Shown here piece after piece: positions 47,656 through 57,294 of a stretch of DNA of 64,000 nucleotides. The DNA comes from Verrucomicrobiota bacterium (lineage in GTDB: Bacteria > Verrucomicrobiota > Verrucomicrobiia > Limisphaerales > AAA164-E04). The stretch is taken from the NCBI GenBank assembly GCA_047947115.1, contig CP170459.1, positions 5,856,001 to 5,920,000 on the forward strand, read 5' to 3'. A program made the translations under genes and the position numbers. The notes under the pieces were generated by a model. It was not told where the DNA came from. It saw only the letters and a program-made list of their open reading frames with translations, and did not search any database. The number at the start of each line of letters is the position of its first letter. Within the stretch, counting starts at the first letter, position 1.

Positions 47656-48663
47656 TTAGAATTGGTTCAAGAAACGCAGGTCGTTTTCGTAGAACAAACG
47701 AATGTCGTTGATGCCATATCGAATCATGGCGATGCGTTCGATCCCGAACCCGAAAGCCCAACCGGTCCATTCCTCGGGATTGTATCCCACGTTCTCGAAC
47801 ACCTTGGGATGCACCATGCCGCAACCGGCGATCTCCAACCATTCCTTACCCATCTTGCGGGTCAGGGCACTTGAGAAATCAATTTCCAGACTGGGTTCCG
47901 TGTAAGAAAAGTAGTGTGGTCGGAAGCGTAGTTTCACATCCTTCCCCAACAGCTCCTTGAACACGAATTCCACCGTCCCCTTCATGTCACCCAGGGTGAC
48001 GTTGCGATCCACATAGAGACCTTCGATCTGGTGAAAGGTCGGGTTATGTGTGGCATCGGCTGTGTCTCGACGATATACGCGACCCGGCACAATGATGCGA
48101 ATTGGCGGCGGTTGGGTTTCCATCACCCGAATCTGAACGGAAGAAGTATGGGTGCGGAGCAAGGGACGATTGGGGGTGTTGATGTAAAACGTGTCCTGAC
48201 TGTCGCGTGCCGGGTGATCGGCCGGGGTGTTGAGTGCGTCAAAACAGTGATATTCGTCCTCCACTTCCGGCCCGTCGGCCACGACGAATCCGATTTTACG
48301 GAAACTGCGAACAATGTCCTCGGTGACCTGGGTAAGTGGGTGGAGCTTACCCAGTTGGGGACGTCGTCCCGGCAGGGTGAAATCGGTTGGTTCCGTCGGC
48401 AAGCAGGCGGCAAGTTCGAGGACTTCTTTTTGTTTGGCCAGTAAACCTTCGAGTTTATTTTTGGCAATATTAATCCTCTTGCCGGCTTCGGGGCGTTGAT
48501 CCTTGGGGAGTGACCCCATCTGCTTGAGCAGCGCAGTGAACTGGCCGTTGACACCGAGGTATTTAACACGTGCGGCGTCCAGATCGGAGAGGTTACCTGC
48601 GGCTTGCAGAGCCTGGAGCGCTTCCTCCGTCAAAGGGTCGATTTGATCGAGCATTCCTGACAT
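47656..48663 (-). CDS. pheS: Phenylalanine--tRNA ligase alpha subunit
   Basis: HPARDSQDTF, LLRTHTS, FHQIEG, GFGIER. Confidence 0.98.
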   Translation of the reverse strand: MSGMLDQIDPLTEEALQALQAAGNLSDLDAARVKYLGVNGQFTALLKQMGSLPKDQRPEAGKRINIAKNKLEGLLAKQKEVLELAACLPTEPTDFTLPGRRPQLGKLHPLTQVTEDIVRSFRKIGFVVADGPEVEDEYHCFDALNTPADHPARDSQDTFYINTPNRPLLRTHTSSVQIRVMETQPPPIRIIVPGRVYRRDTADATHNPTFHQIEGLYVDRNVTLGDMKGTVEFVFKELLGKDVKLRFRPHYFSYTEPSLEIDFSSALTRKMGKEWLEIAGCGMVHPKVFENVGYNPEEWTGWAFGFGIERIAMIRYGINDIRLFYENDLRFLNQF

Positions 48664-48709
48664 ATAAAAAGGTGGATAGAGGTGTTCAGGTGAATATTGA
48701 GTAACAAAT

Positions 48710-48750
48710 AAAAAACAACCGGACGTCCACAAGAGGTCGCCCGGTTGATT
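48710..48750 (-). terminator. Terminator-like hairpin after rplT
   Basis: Minus strand CAACCGG...CCGGTTG followed by T6. Confidence 0.6.
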
Positions 48751-48796
48751 GATAAATTCGATGTTGATCTACGAAGTCCGATTCGATCTGGCCGAA

Positions 48797-49162
48797 TCAG
48801 GCAGCCTTCGCCTTCAAACCGTCCTGGGCGAGCTTGACCAGTTCGGCAAAAGCGGTGGAATCCGTGGCAGCAATATCAGCCAGCGCTTTGCGATTCAGAT
48901 CCACTTTGGCGGCTTTCAAACCTTCGATGAAACGACTGTAAGTAATACCGGCGGAACGAGCGGCAGCATTGATACGGACCTGCCACAAGCGGCGATATTC
49001 GCGCTTCTTGTTGCGGCGGTCACGATAGGAATACTGACGGCCATGATCCAGAGCGTCTGCGGCGTAACGGTAAAGCTTGGAACGACGCAAACGGAAGCCT
49101 TTAGCGGCTTGTAATACTCGTTTACGACGTTTACGGGATGCGACTGCGTTTGTAACTCTCAT
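48797..49162 (-). CDS. rplT: 50S ribosomal protein L20
   Basis: AKGF, YRDRR.KKR, LWQVRINAA, LNRKALA. Confidence 0.98.
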   Translation of the reverse strand: MRVTNAVASRKRRKRVLQAAKGFRLRRSKLYRYAADALDHGRQYSYRDRRNKKREYRRLWQVRINAAARSAGITYSRFIEGLKAAKVDLNRKALADIAATDSTAFAELVKLAQDGLKAKAA

Positions 49163-49197
49163 GGTACGCTTTTACTAAAAATTTCCTTATAAACAAC

Positions 49198-49407
49198 TTA
49201 GCGACTGAACGGCAAGTTTTCGATCACGCGTTTGTAATCTGACTTGTCCAGTTCGACCGATTTGCCGAGTTTCCGGCGGCGCTTCGGACTCTTGCTTGAA
49301 AGCAAGTGACGTTTGCCAGAGTGATTACGCATCACTTTGCCGGAACCGGTGATCTTGAACCGTTTGGCCACTGCTTTTCTCGTTTTTGCTCCTCTTGCTC
49401 GACGCAT
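49198..49407 (-). CDS. rpmI: 50S ribosomal protein L35
   Basis: KTRKAVAKRFKITGSGK, RHLL; upstream of rplT. Confidence 0.96.
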   Translation of the reverse strand: MRRARGAKTRKAVAKRFKITGSGKVMRNHSGKRHLLSSKSPKRRRKLGKSVELDKSDYKRVIENLPFSR

Positions 49408-49538
49408 AATATTCAATTCTCCAAATTCAAAAGAGCGGTAACTATATGGACCGCCGTTTTCCGTTGCAAGAGGGAATTTTGCTTTTTTTTAACCCTCTTT
49501 TCCTTTCGGGTGGAATATATACTACGTTGCACCCCGAA

Positions 49539-52500
49539 CTATTGGGCGACAACGGCTTCCACCCTATAAACTGCCGGGCGCTCCCCCGACGGAATACGGA
49601 TCTTACCAGTTCCTTTGGCCTTCGCAATGACTTCTTTCGAAACTTTGCCACTTTCAAGCATCACCTCCCGAATCACGAAGTCTCCGGATTTTCCCGTCAA
49701 ATCAAGAATGAATGAATTCCCCTCTCCAACGTAAACCAAACCTCCACTGCCAGCACCCCACAATGCCCAAACATTTTTTTCGGCATCAGCCAGCCAGGGC
49801 CGCATGTCAGGAATTCCCTCGAGCAACTCCCGGGATGCGGTTGCCGGCAGGTTTGGCATTGAACCACCGGCGCACAAGAATGCCCATTTTGCCTGGTCAA
49901 AATGGCTGATAACAGCCTTTCCCGGATAGCGCGATCGATACTCGGCTGCCATCCGGGCCAAATGTTCATCTTTGGGCCGACCACCTTTCCACAGACGTTC
50001 ATGCTGCCTGGGTGCCAGGTTCTCTCCTCCTTTGGGTGCATAGAGTCCTTTGGGGGAAATCCACCAGTATTTGAAATCAATCACATCCACAAGACCACTT
50101 CGATCCGGATCATTCAGCAACGCGTCCTGCACCCCCTTCGGGGCGCTCAGGCCAATCAAGGGGTCAAGATGATGTTCCCGCATCCAATCTCCCACCGTAT
50201 CGAGCCAAAACGCCATGAAATGGAGTGGCCCTGAGTATTCTTCCCCTAACAAATGAATGACATTGGGTGAAGCTTTCAGGTTGGAAAGGCACTGTTGAAT
50301 GAAGCGCTGATGTAACTTCCGTCGCACCGGGTGATCCACATCATAGAAATCCTCCGCCATGAATATACGCTTTCGATTGGCATATGGTGGGGGCTCAGGA
50401 AAAGCGGTGGCATTGATATTATTGATCGAACGCCAAGGATAATCCGCCCAATGGGCGCCCGCCTCCAGAATGTGATGCTGAAAATACATCGCGTTTAAAA
50501 ACACAAGGCCCTGCTGCTGGCACAGATCGGCGAAGGATTTCAGACGATCAAAGTACCATGGATTGTATCGTGTCAGATCGTATTTACTTAGCCCATCCCA
50601 GGCGGCACCCTGACCGGAACGCGCCCAAGGTAATTCAAAAAAGGGTGGCCAGACATTTCCATCGATCCGCCGGATCATTTCATGATCATCACGGCGCCGA
50701 TCATACCAAAGACCGGGATGATGCCTCAGGCCAACCGCCCCCTCGGAAGACATGCGTTCCGCCAACATCTCCAGATCATCAGTAAACCCCTTTCCGTCCC
50801 GTCCGGGAACAAAACGTGTCAAATTGATCCCAAACTCCTCAACACGCGAAGAGGAAGCATGTCCGCGCCACCAGGCGATACCAGGCTGACGCCCTTTGGC
50901 CAGAAGCCCGTCAACGGTCAGCCAACCGTTATGCAAAGCAAGTTTTCTGGAAGGTTTTGTTTTATCCGGCTCCGGGGTGTGATCACTCTCCCATAGAGGA
51001 ATATCGGATAAGTGTGCGTTCAAGACCACAAAATCCACTGATTCCAAAGCACGAAGAGATTCGCTCCCCAACCGATCTTTCAATTGCCCGATATACAGAC
51101 TGTCCGGATCCACAAACTCATTGGAAGACCGCCAATGACCGTCACCCAGAAACTGAGCCCAGATACCGATTGCCCAGTTTGCCGCCGCGGGCGGTTTGCG
51201 ATTAGTCATGAGGGGTAGAGAACACTGCCACGCCACACAGTTTCCCGCCGCCCATCCAACGCCATTGTCCCACATCTCCCGGTTGTCAAACCTCAGACCA
51301 CCGCCATCCATGATCAAATTATCGTAAAGCACACCCGTAGCCCAACTCTCAATCGGTCCGCTGAAATCAAGCGCGTTGTTCGCTTCACAATGGACAAATA
51401 CATTGGGACCTGCAGCTCGCCATCCGGTGGAGAAATCGTGTCGCCCTTTTTCGCTGTAACAACGCAAAAACAAAGTCTGCTGGCCAGCTGTGTGAAAGGC
51501 GTGACGGCGATAACCGCCGATTTCGGAAACGGGTTTCAGGGAACGACAGTCCATGACTGATATCCGTCTGCATGTTTCCCAAACACTGACCAGAGAACTC
51601 ACAAAGTGGAGAGCTGTCACCTGTCTGACCCAGGCATCCTCCACATGATCCAAGGTGATCGCCATCCATGCGTGTTCCTCGTCTTTGGGGTTCGACTGAT
51701 CCCATGCGGACTGAAACCGCATATTTTCCACACCTGATTGACGCAAGCGTCCGCGTGCTTCAACGGGAATCACTTCCCCTCCCCCAAATTGCTTTTCCAA
51801 TGCACAGGTCAAAGGCACATCCAATGTGATGCTATTTCCATCAATACCGCTTATCGTCCTTTCCCAGAGGATATCGACCGTATCAGGTTTCCATGCCGGT
51901 GTCGGCCGGCTTTTCACGGAGGACATCCCCATCAGATCAATCCAGTTTTGGGGACTGGGACGGCGTACATGGATGCTTTGTCCAACACTTAGTCCATCCA
52001 CGGTGTTGAGGGTAAAACTTGAAGCATTTACGGGAACATATTCGTCCAGAATGGATCGAGGCATGCCACTGAACGCGGTGTGCCGACCATTGAATTCCAG
52101 CAAGGTGCGCCGGCTATGACCGACGGCGTTCAGCACAGTCCCATCCTCACCATCACCCGAACCACGCAACACCACACCACTGGATTCAATGCGCAATTGT
52201 CCGTGAATCTCAAACCACCCCTCCGTCAGACAGACCGCACCACGAAAACCATGCTCATCCATCGGCAAGCTGGAGACATGATCAATGGCAGATTGAATAT
52301 GGCGGGTATTGTCGCCTTCCAGAGGAGCAACCAACACTTTCGCAGAGACGGAGGGAATGGCAACACCTCCCCCTGCGTACCCGGCATGTGAGAAATCCGG
52401 CATACGATTCCCCTGGTCATCGAACTCATAGACCAGTTTTCCATTCTCCCCCAAATCAACGAATCGTTCAGCGGCGTGCAAAGTCCCGAAGAACGCAAAC

Positions 52501-52562
52501 CCGGTCAAAAACCAACAAGCCAACCCTGCGTATCGACGGGCTATTTTCAGAAGCAACCTCAT
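49539..52562 (-). CDS. Pectin-lyase-fold beta-helix protein with C-terminal DUF6298-like domain
   Basis: PDFSHAGY.GG, SGVVLRGSG, GWAA.N.V.W; HPGLWYDRRRDDH. Confidence 0.75.
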   Translation of the reverse strand: MRLLLKIARRYAGLACWFLTGFAFFGTLHAAERFVDLGENGKLVYEFDDQGNRMPDFSHAGYAGGGVAIPSVSAKVLVAPLEGDNTRHIQSAIDHVSSLPMDEHGFRGAVCLTEGWFEIHGQLRIESSGVVLRGSGDGEDGTVLNAVGHSRRTLLEFNGRHTAFSGMPRSILDEYVPVNASSFTLNTVDGLSVGQSIHVRRPSPQNWIDLMGMSSVKSRPTPAWKPDTVDILWERTISGIDGNSITLDVPLTCALEKQFGGGEVIPVEARGRLRQSGVENMRFQSAWDQSNPKDEEHAWMAITLDHVEDAWVRQVTALHFVSSLVSVWETCRRISVMDCRSLKPVSEIGGYRRHAFHTAGQQTLFLRCYSEKGRHDFSTGWRAAGPNVFVHCEANNALDFSGPIESWATGVLYDNLIMDGGGLRFDNREMWDNGVGWAAGNCVAWQCSLPLMTNRKPPAAANWAIGIWAQFLGDGHWRSSNEFVDPDSLYIGQLKDRLGSESLRALESVDFVVLNAHLSDIPLWESDHTPEPDKTKPSRKLALHNGWLTVDGLLAKGRQPGIAWWRGHASSSRVEEFGINLTRFVPGRDGKGFTDDLEMLAERMSSEGAVGLRHHPGLWYDRRRDDHEMIRRIDGNVWPPFFELPWARSGQGAAWDGLSKYDLTRYNPWYFDRLKSFADLCQQQGLVFLNAMYFQHHILEAGAHWADYPWRSINNINATAFPEPPPYANRKRIFMAEDFYDVDHPVRRKLHQRFIQQCLSNLKASPNVIHLLGEEYSGPLHFMAFWLDTVGDWMREHHLDPLIGLSAPKGVQDALLNDPDRSGLVDVIDFKYWWISPKGLYAPKGGENLAPRQHERLWKGGRPKDEHLARMAAEYRSRYPGKAVISHFDQAKWAFLCAGGSMPNLPATASRELLEGIPDMRPWLADAEKNVWALWGAGSGGLVYVGEGNSFILDLTGKSGDFVIREVMLESGKVSKEVIAKAKGTGKIRIPSGERPAVYRVEAVVAQ

Positions 52563-52689
52563 TAAAAAAACAATCATCTGTGACAATCTGTTCAGCCTCC
52601 CAGCTTCAGGAAGGATGCGTCTCCCCCGGTCCATTCCGGAAAGCCTTTGATGTTCCATCACCCCAAACCCTCATTGCTGCGCTCCTGAA

Positions 52690-52712
52690 GGGCCCGGGAA
52701 GGACCGATCTAC
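52690..52712 (-). repeat. Single GTAG REP overlapping the pectate lyase stop codon
   Basis: Minus strand GTAGATCGGTCCTTCCCGGGCCC resembles GTAGATCGGACCGTCCCGGTCC at 41752-41773. Confidence 0.6.
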
Positions 52713-54433
52713 TGGTCGAAGTTATTTGCCAGATCCGTGTAATCAACAAACTCTCTCGGATCGGTTCCATTCAGGAATTCCTCCACGTTGGCATAGCCGT
52801 CATCATCGGAATCAAGCATGGCATCCAGGGCATTCCCGGGATTCAAGCCATAGTTCTGCTCCCACGCATCAGGCAGCCCATCGGCATCCACATCCGAGTA
52901 AGGTTCACCTTTATAATCAGGATAACCTCCGACCTGACTTGGATGGGTAATGATGCCGAGAGAAATCTCATGAACCATTTTTTCGATCATGGCTTGATTG
53001 AAGTTGGGGTTTTCAAGCGATCGGGCAACATCGGGTCCGGCCTTGGCAGTTGTTTTCCCGGACCGTACCGTCTCCACTAAGCGCATGTCCACCCTATCAC
53101 GACGCGGCAACTTCGCACCGGCATTTTGCAAAACGGACTCAAAAGCTTCCTCAGCAGACTGCAGAGGGATACGAGCATAAGGGATGGGATCCACGGACCG
53201 GATGGACGGGAGCACTTCCTGAGCAGGAGCGACGGAATCCGGTTGCACGCCCCCCTTCCAATTGTCACTGGAAACCTCGGGATAGCCTTCAACAACATTC
53301 CCATCGACATAAGCTTTCCCGAAATGATCCACCACCGTCTTGCTACGTTCGGATTCAGGCTTGAGAATTCGATACGCAACCGGTTTGCCTTTGGGCGTGA
53401 CCGGGCCGGGCTTCATGTAATTGTTGATGATATTGAAAAAACTTCGGTGATCACCCCCGTCAACCGTGCGATGACGCCAGTTGAACATCACGTTGTTCGC
53501 AAAGGTAAAATCACCATACATCCCCACACTGGGATTGCGCCCGGTATTGCAGGCCCAGAGGTTGTGGTGAAAGGTGCTGTTCAATCCGCCGATCGTGCTG
53601 CCAAATGCGTGATGAAAGGTGTTCAATGCTTCGCTGAATATGGAGTTCTGAATAGTGATGTTGACGGTCGGCAGTTTCAAATCATTGGTTTCAGGGTCAT
53701 TGTCATGATCATACATGTGGCGATACATGGACATGTTTTCATCCAGCCCCCATGAAGCCGAAACATGATCGATCATGATATTGCCCACTGGATTGCCCCC
53801 TAAAGAATCATTTCGATCCCCTACCCAGGTCTCGCCTCGGCGAAAACGCATATGACGCACAATCACGTCATGCGTTTCCAGCTCGACCGTGTCGCCGGCA
53901 ATACAAACACCATCCCCGGGAGCCGTGGCTCCTGAAATGGTGATGTATGGGGCACGGATCCTGAGGACCTCCCTGAGGTGAATGATTCCCGAAACATTGA
54001 ACAACACGATTCTCGGCCCGCCCGCTTCGCAGGCTTCACGAAAGCTCCCGGGACCGCCATCCTCCAGCGTCGTCACCACATAAACCTTGCCGCCGCGCCC
54101 ACCGAAGGAATACATCCCTCCCCCCCACGCGCCCGGAAAGGATGGAATGAAGGCCTGAGGCAGGTGCTCAGGTTTCTCCGCATGAGGCAGGTAAGGTTTT
54201 CCTTTCTTCGCCCACTCCATCATGGTCGGCATGGCATTTGCAAACGCCTCATTGGAATGCCGGTCTTCCGATTCAAACTTCGACTGGGATTTGGCAGACT
54301 CTGCCTTGCTGACTCGCGGGTACTGAGCCTGAACAGTCCCTATGAAAGCCATTACTCCCAGCAGAAGGTTTAGACTCCCGGCAATAGGGCGGCATGTTTG
54401 CCTGAACAAGATGTTGGACTTGCTTATCATCAT
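52709..54433 (-). CDS. Pectate lyase, PL1 family, with C-terminal Asp-rich Ca-binding repeats
   Basis: FPGAWGGG..SFGGRGG, IDHVSASWGLDE, GRNP, D.D.DGLPD.WE. Confidence 0.88.
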   Translation of the reverse strand: MMISKSNILFRQTCRPIAGSLNLLLGVMAFIGTVQAQYPRVSKAESAKSQSKFESEDRHSNEAFANAMPTMMEWAKKGKPYLPHAEKPEHLPQAFIPSFPGAWGGGMYSFGGRGGKVYVVTTLEDGGPGSFREACEAGGPRIVLFNVSGIIHLREVLRIRAPYITISGATAPGDGVCIAGDTVELETHDVIVRHMRFRRGETWVGDRNDSLGGNPVGNIMIDHVSASWGLDENMSMYRHMYDHDNDPETNDLKLPTVNITIQNSIFSEALNTFHHAFGSTIGGLNSTFHHNLWACNTGRNPSVGMYGDFTFANNVMFNWRHRTVDGGDHRSFFNIINNYMKPGPVTPKGKPVAYRILKPESERSKTVVDHFGKAYVDGNVVEGYPEVSSDNWKGGVQPDSVAPAQEVLPSIRSVDPIPYARIPLQSAEEAFESVLQNAGAKLPRRDRVDMRLVETVRSGKTTAKAGPDVARSLENPNFNQAMIEKMVHEISLGIITHPSQVGGYPDYKGEPYSDVDADGLPDAWEQNYGLNPGNALDAMLDSDDDGYANVEEFLNGTDPREFVDYTDLANNFDQ

Positions 54434-54526
54434 TGGGTCGTTTATTTAGCTTCACCGGCATGTCAGTCCAGATGACTGTACAAGCCAACACAAGGCACGA
54501 GCCGGAAGTGAGCTGTACAAATCGGT

Positions 54527-54739
54527 TCACTTGACGTCATCACCATTATTTCTGGATGTCACCCAACAATAAACCAGAAAGACCTGAACCATCAAGATCG
54601 CTCCAGCCAAGATATTTTCAACCGCCCATAGGGATGAATCCTGGGACATCCCAAGGATCACCAACGCTCCGATGCTTGGAAAAAACCAAACCAAAGTCAT
54701 CGTCCTGAAAAAGGCGGGATCTTTTTGTTTCCACATCAT
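54527..54739 (-). CDS. Small two-TM hypothetical protein
   Basis: 70-aa ORF with two hydrophobic helices. Confidence 0.5.
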   Translation of the reverse strand: MMWKQKDPAFFRTMTLVWFFPSIGALVILGMSQDSSLWAVENILAGAILMVQVFLVYCWVTSRNNGDDVK

Positions 54740-54810
54740 GATGTCATCCGGAAAAGTGCTTGCACTGTTTTTGAACTTGCTTGACGGACCGGGGCAAGCA
54801 AAATCCGATC

Positions 54811-55263
54811 GTGAATTTTGTGCGCATCCTGGTGGACGGTTACAGCGTATTGCATGCCTGCCACAAAGCATTACCGAACACCAAACCCCACTCGCCCAAG
54901 GCCAGGGACTGGTTGATCCGGCAAGTCACCCTGTATCAGGATGCCATCCACGTGCCGGTGACCATTGTGTTTGACGGCATGGGATCCAAGGCTTCAAAAG
55001 AAAATCAGGAAGTGCATCCGCATGTCGAGGTCCTCTTCAGCAAGAGCAACCAAACGGCGGATGACATCATCGAACGGGTCACTCACAAATTACTGGAATA
55101 CGGCCCCGTATTGGTCGTCACCAACGATTATGCCGAGCAAAACACCATCTTTTCCATGGGAGGATCGGTGTCGTCCTGCGAACAGTTCATGGACGAAATC
55201 AAACATACCTTGAGCCAATTCGATGACGACCTTCGCAAGTTCAAAGGCAAACAACGTCGTTGA
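54811..55263 (+). CDS. NYN/YacP-like PIN-domain ribonuclease
   Basis: LVDGYS, IVFDG, TADDIIE, VVTND. Confidence 0.88.
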   Translation: MNFVRILVDGYSVLHACHKALPNTKPHSPKARDWLIRQVTLYQDAIHVPVTIVFDGMGSKASKENQEVHPHVEVLFSKSNQTADDIIERVTHKLLEYGPVLVVTNDYAEQNTIFSMGGSVSSCEQFMDEIKHTLSQFDDDLRKFKGKQRR

Positions 55264-55448
55264 AACGTGGTTGACCGGTGAATGGGTCGTCAGAAGTGGA
55301 GCATGGCGCCTGAACCCGCAAAACTCGCAACCTCCATCCCCTTCTGACCTTCCCTGCAGGAATACTCAACGGTCTCGCACTTTCCGGCATCCACATGGAG
55401 TGTGAGCCGGAAGATCCGGGGAATGAAACAAAGACAACTGAGGAGTCT

Positions 55449-57194
55449 TTAATCATTCAGGCGAACAACCATGCCAAGAAACCCTGAAGCCGAAGCATCC
55501 ATCGGAACCGGACTTCGGAATTGTTTCGTCTCAAATTCACCGTTCGCCTGGGATGCTCCAATTTCGATGGCAGCGGAAGCTGATTCTGCCAAGCCTGATA
55601 AATCCGCACCATATCGAAAGGAGACTTCCGCATCACCGATAGACGCACGTAGCTGAACATCAAAGGTCAAGTAAGGACGACCATCGCCTGGCAACCCAAT
55701 GGCATCTCCGACGGCAACTTTGATGTTGCTTGCAAAGCCATCTAATTCCGCGGAAGCAAGGTTTCGGCCCAGGATGTATTCCGCAAGATTGCTGATCCCA
55801 TCAAAATCGGCATCCTGTAAGGGGCCGGCCAGTGCCGGAGGCAGATTGGCAATGGCAGCCTGAAACGTTTCAGGCAAGCCGAGCGGTCCTTCGTTACCCG
55901 TTCCTCCGTCGATCGAGTCCAGGGGCCCGATGAAAATACCCGACGATGTTCTGAAGACGATTTCATTTTCAGTCATGTGTGAAATAGATCCACCGGTGTA
56001 AGGCACGCCAAAGGTGCTTTCATCCAATTCAAGCACCTTGGTCAGCTCGCCTCCGTCATAACCTTTCCGATAGAGCGAGTTCTCACTTTTCAACAATTCA
56101 CTGTTGAAAAAATTCCCATAGAAATAAACCCCGTCATCACCGACAAAATGCGTTGCATTTAAGCTCTTGCCATCAGCGGTCTCAAATCCGACGAAAGGTT
56201 GAAAAACACTCCACTCACCATTCTGGAAGCGCAGTTCACGAGTAAAGTCTGCCACAAAAACGGACCCATCAGGCGCTAGGTCAAATTCACTGATACCCTC
56301 AACAGGCTGACCACCCACCACGTCTCCAACATTTAATAGTGTGGACAACTGGCCGTTTTGGAACGACACAAGTGTGCTGGGTTGCAAATTGAAAAGGTAA
56401 ACCGCACCATCCACACCCAACTGTGATTCGATCGAAGAATCGAAAAAGCTGTTGAAAGATTGATCCGATCCGGGGATGTTTGTTGAGCTGTCGGCGATCT
56501 TTTCTATCCCTTCCTCGGTCCAGCGGAAAACACCATTGGCACCCGTCGTGGATTCTCCTCTGAAGATCACGCTGGACCCATCCGGTGCAATGTTCAAAAC
56601 GGTTGAGAATCGCGAGAATGTTCCACCACCGGGAAATTCTGTTACGCTTTCCTGAGCGATGATCCGGACATTGTCTTGGGTGACAAGAAGGATGAAATGA
56701 GGGAAACGATCATCATAGCCAATCATAGCCAAAGTGCCATTATCCGCAGCCACTGGGAAAGAGTAGTAGAATTTCCCTGATCTGCCCTGGCCTAGCGCTT
56801 CGGTGGCAAGCGGAGCGTAGGTAACGAATCCGTTCGGGGTTAATTTCAATATCCCCCCTTCACCCCGGTTGCCGAGATCTGTCTTCCTCAATTCAACCAG
56901 AAAGACATCGTCCTCGCCGGACGCGACGTAAAACTCCGCGGCAGCCTCCGGTAGTCCGGTGAGGTCCTTTTGATTATTGTAAACCTCCTGATAACCGCTC
57001 CCGAAATCAGCCCAAATCATCCGTGTGTAAACCCCGTCAATGAAGGTGGAAAACTCGTCCACTCTGGGTTGTATGGAAAACAGAGTCCCATGAATCATCT
57101 CGTCATTGTAATTCAGCTCAAACCGTTCAAATTCAGCGTTCAACGGTAATGCAAGCAATGACAAAAACAGAACCAAGATTTACCTCATACTCAT
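55449..57194 (-). pseudogene. Secreted beta-rich protein with an in-frame TAA inside its signal peptide
   Basis: MSMR*ILVLFLSLLALPLNA then 575 open codons; DADFDGISNLAEYILG motif near the C-terminus. Confidence 0.6.
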
Positions 57195-57294
57195 ACGCAG
57201 GGACAGGGTAATTTCGTGGAGCGAAAAATCAAGCAAGAGTGGAGGAAGTTTTGAATGATGATAGATGCAAGATCTGTCAGCCTGGACGCATCCA

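Noticed and set aside
55272..55420. Cobalamin riboswitch or 6S RNA (GAGCCGGAAGA and GCGGGTTCA-like motifs)
   Set aside because: The core B12-box elements are missing, there is no downstream co-oriented gene, and the 6S closing stem and bubble are not evident; kept only as an unnamed structure.
42735..57182. Stop-codon reassignment explaining in-frame TGA and TAA
   Set aside because: TGA and TAA end many intact genes here, and each lesion is a single event.
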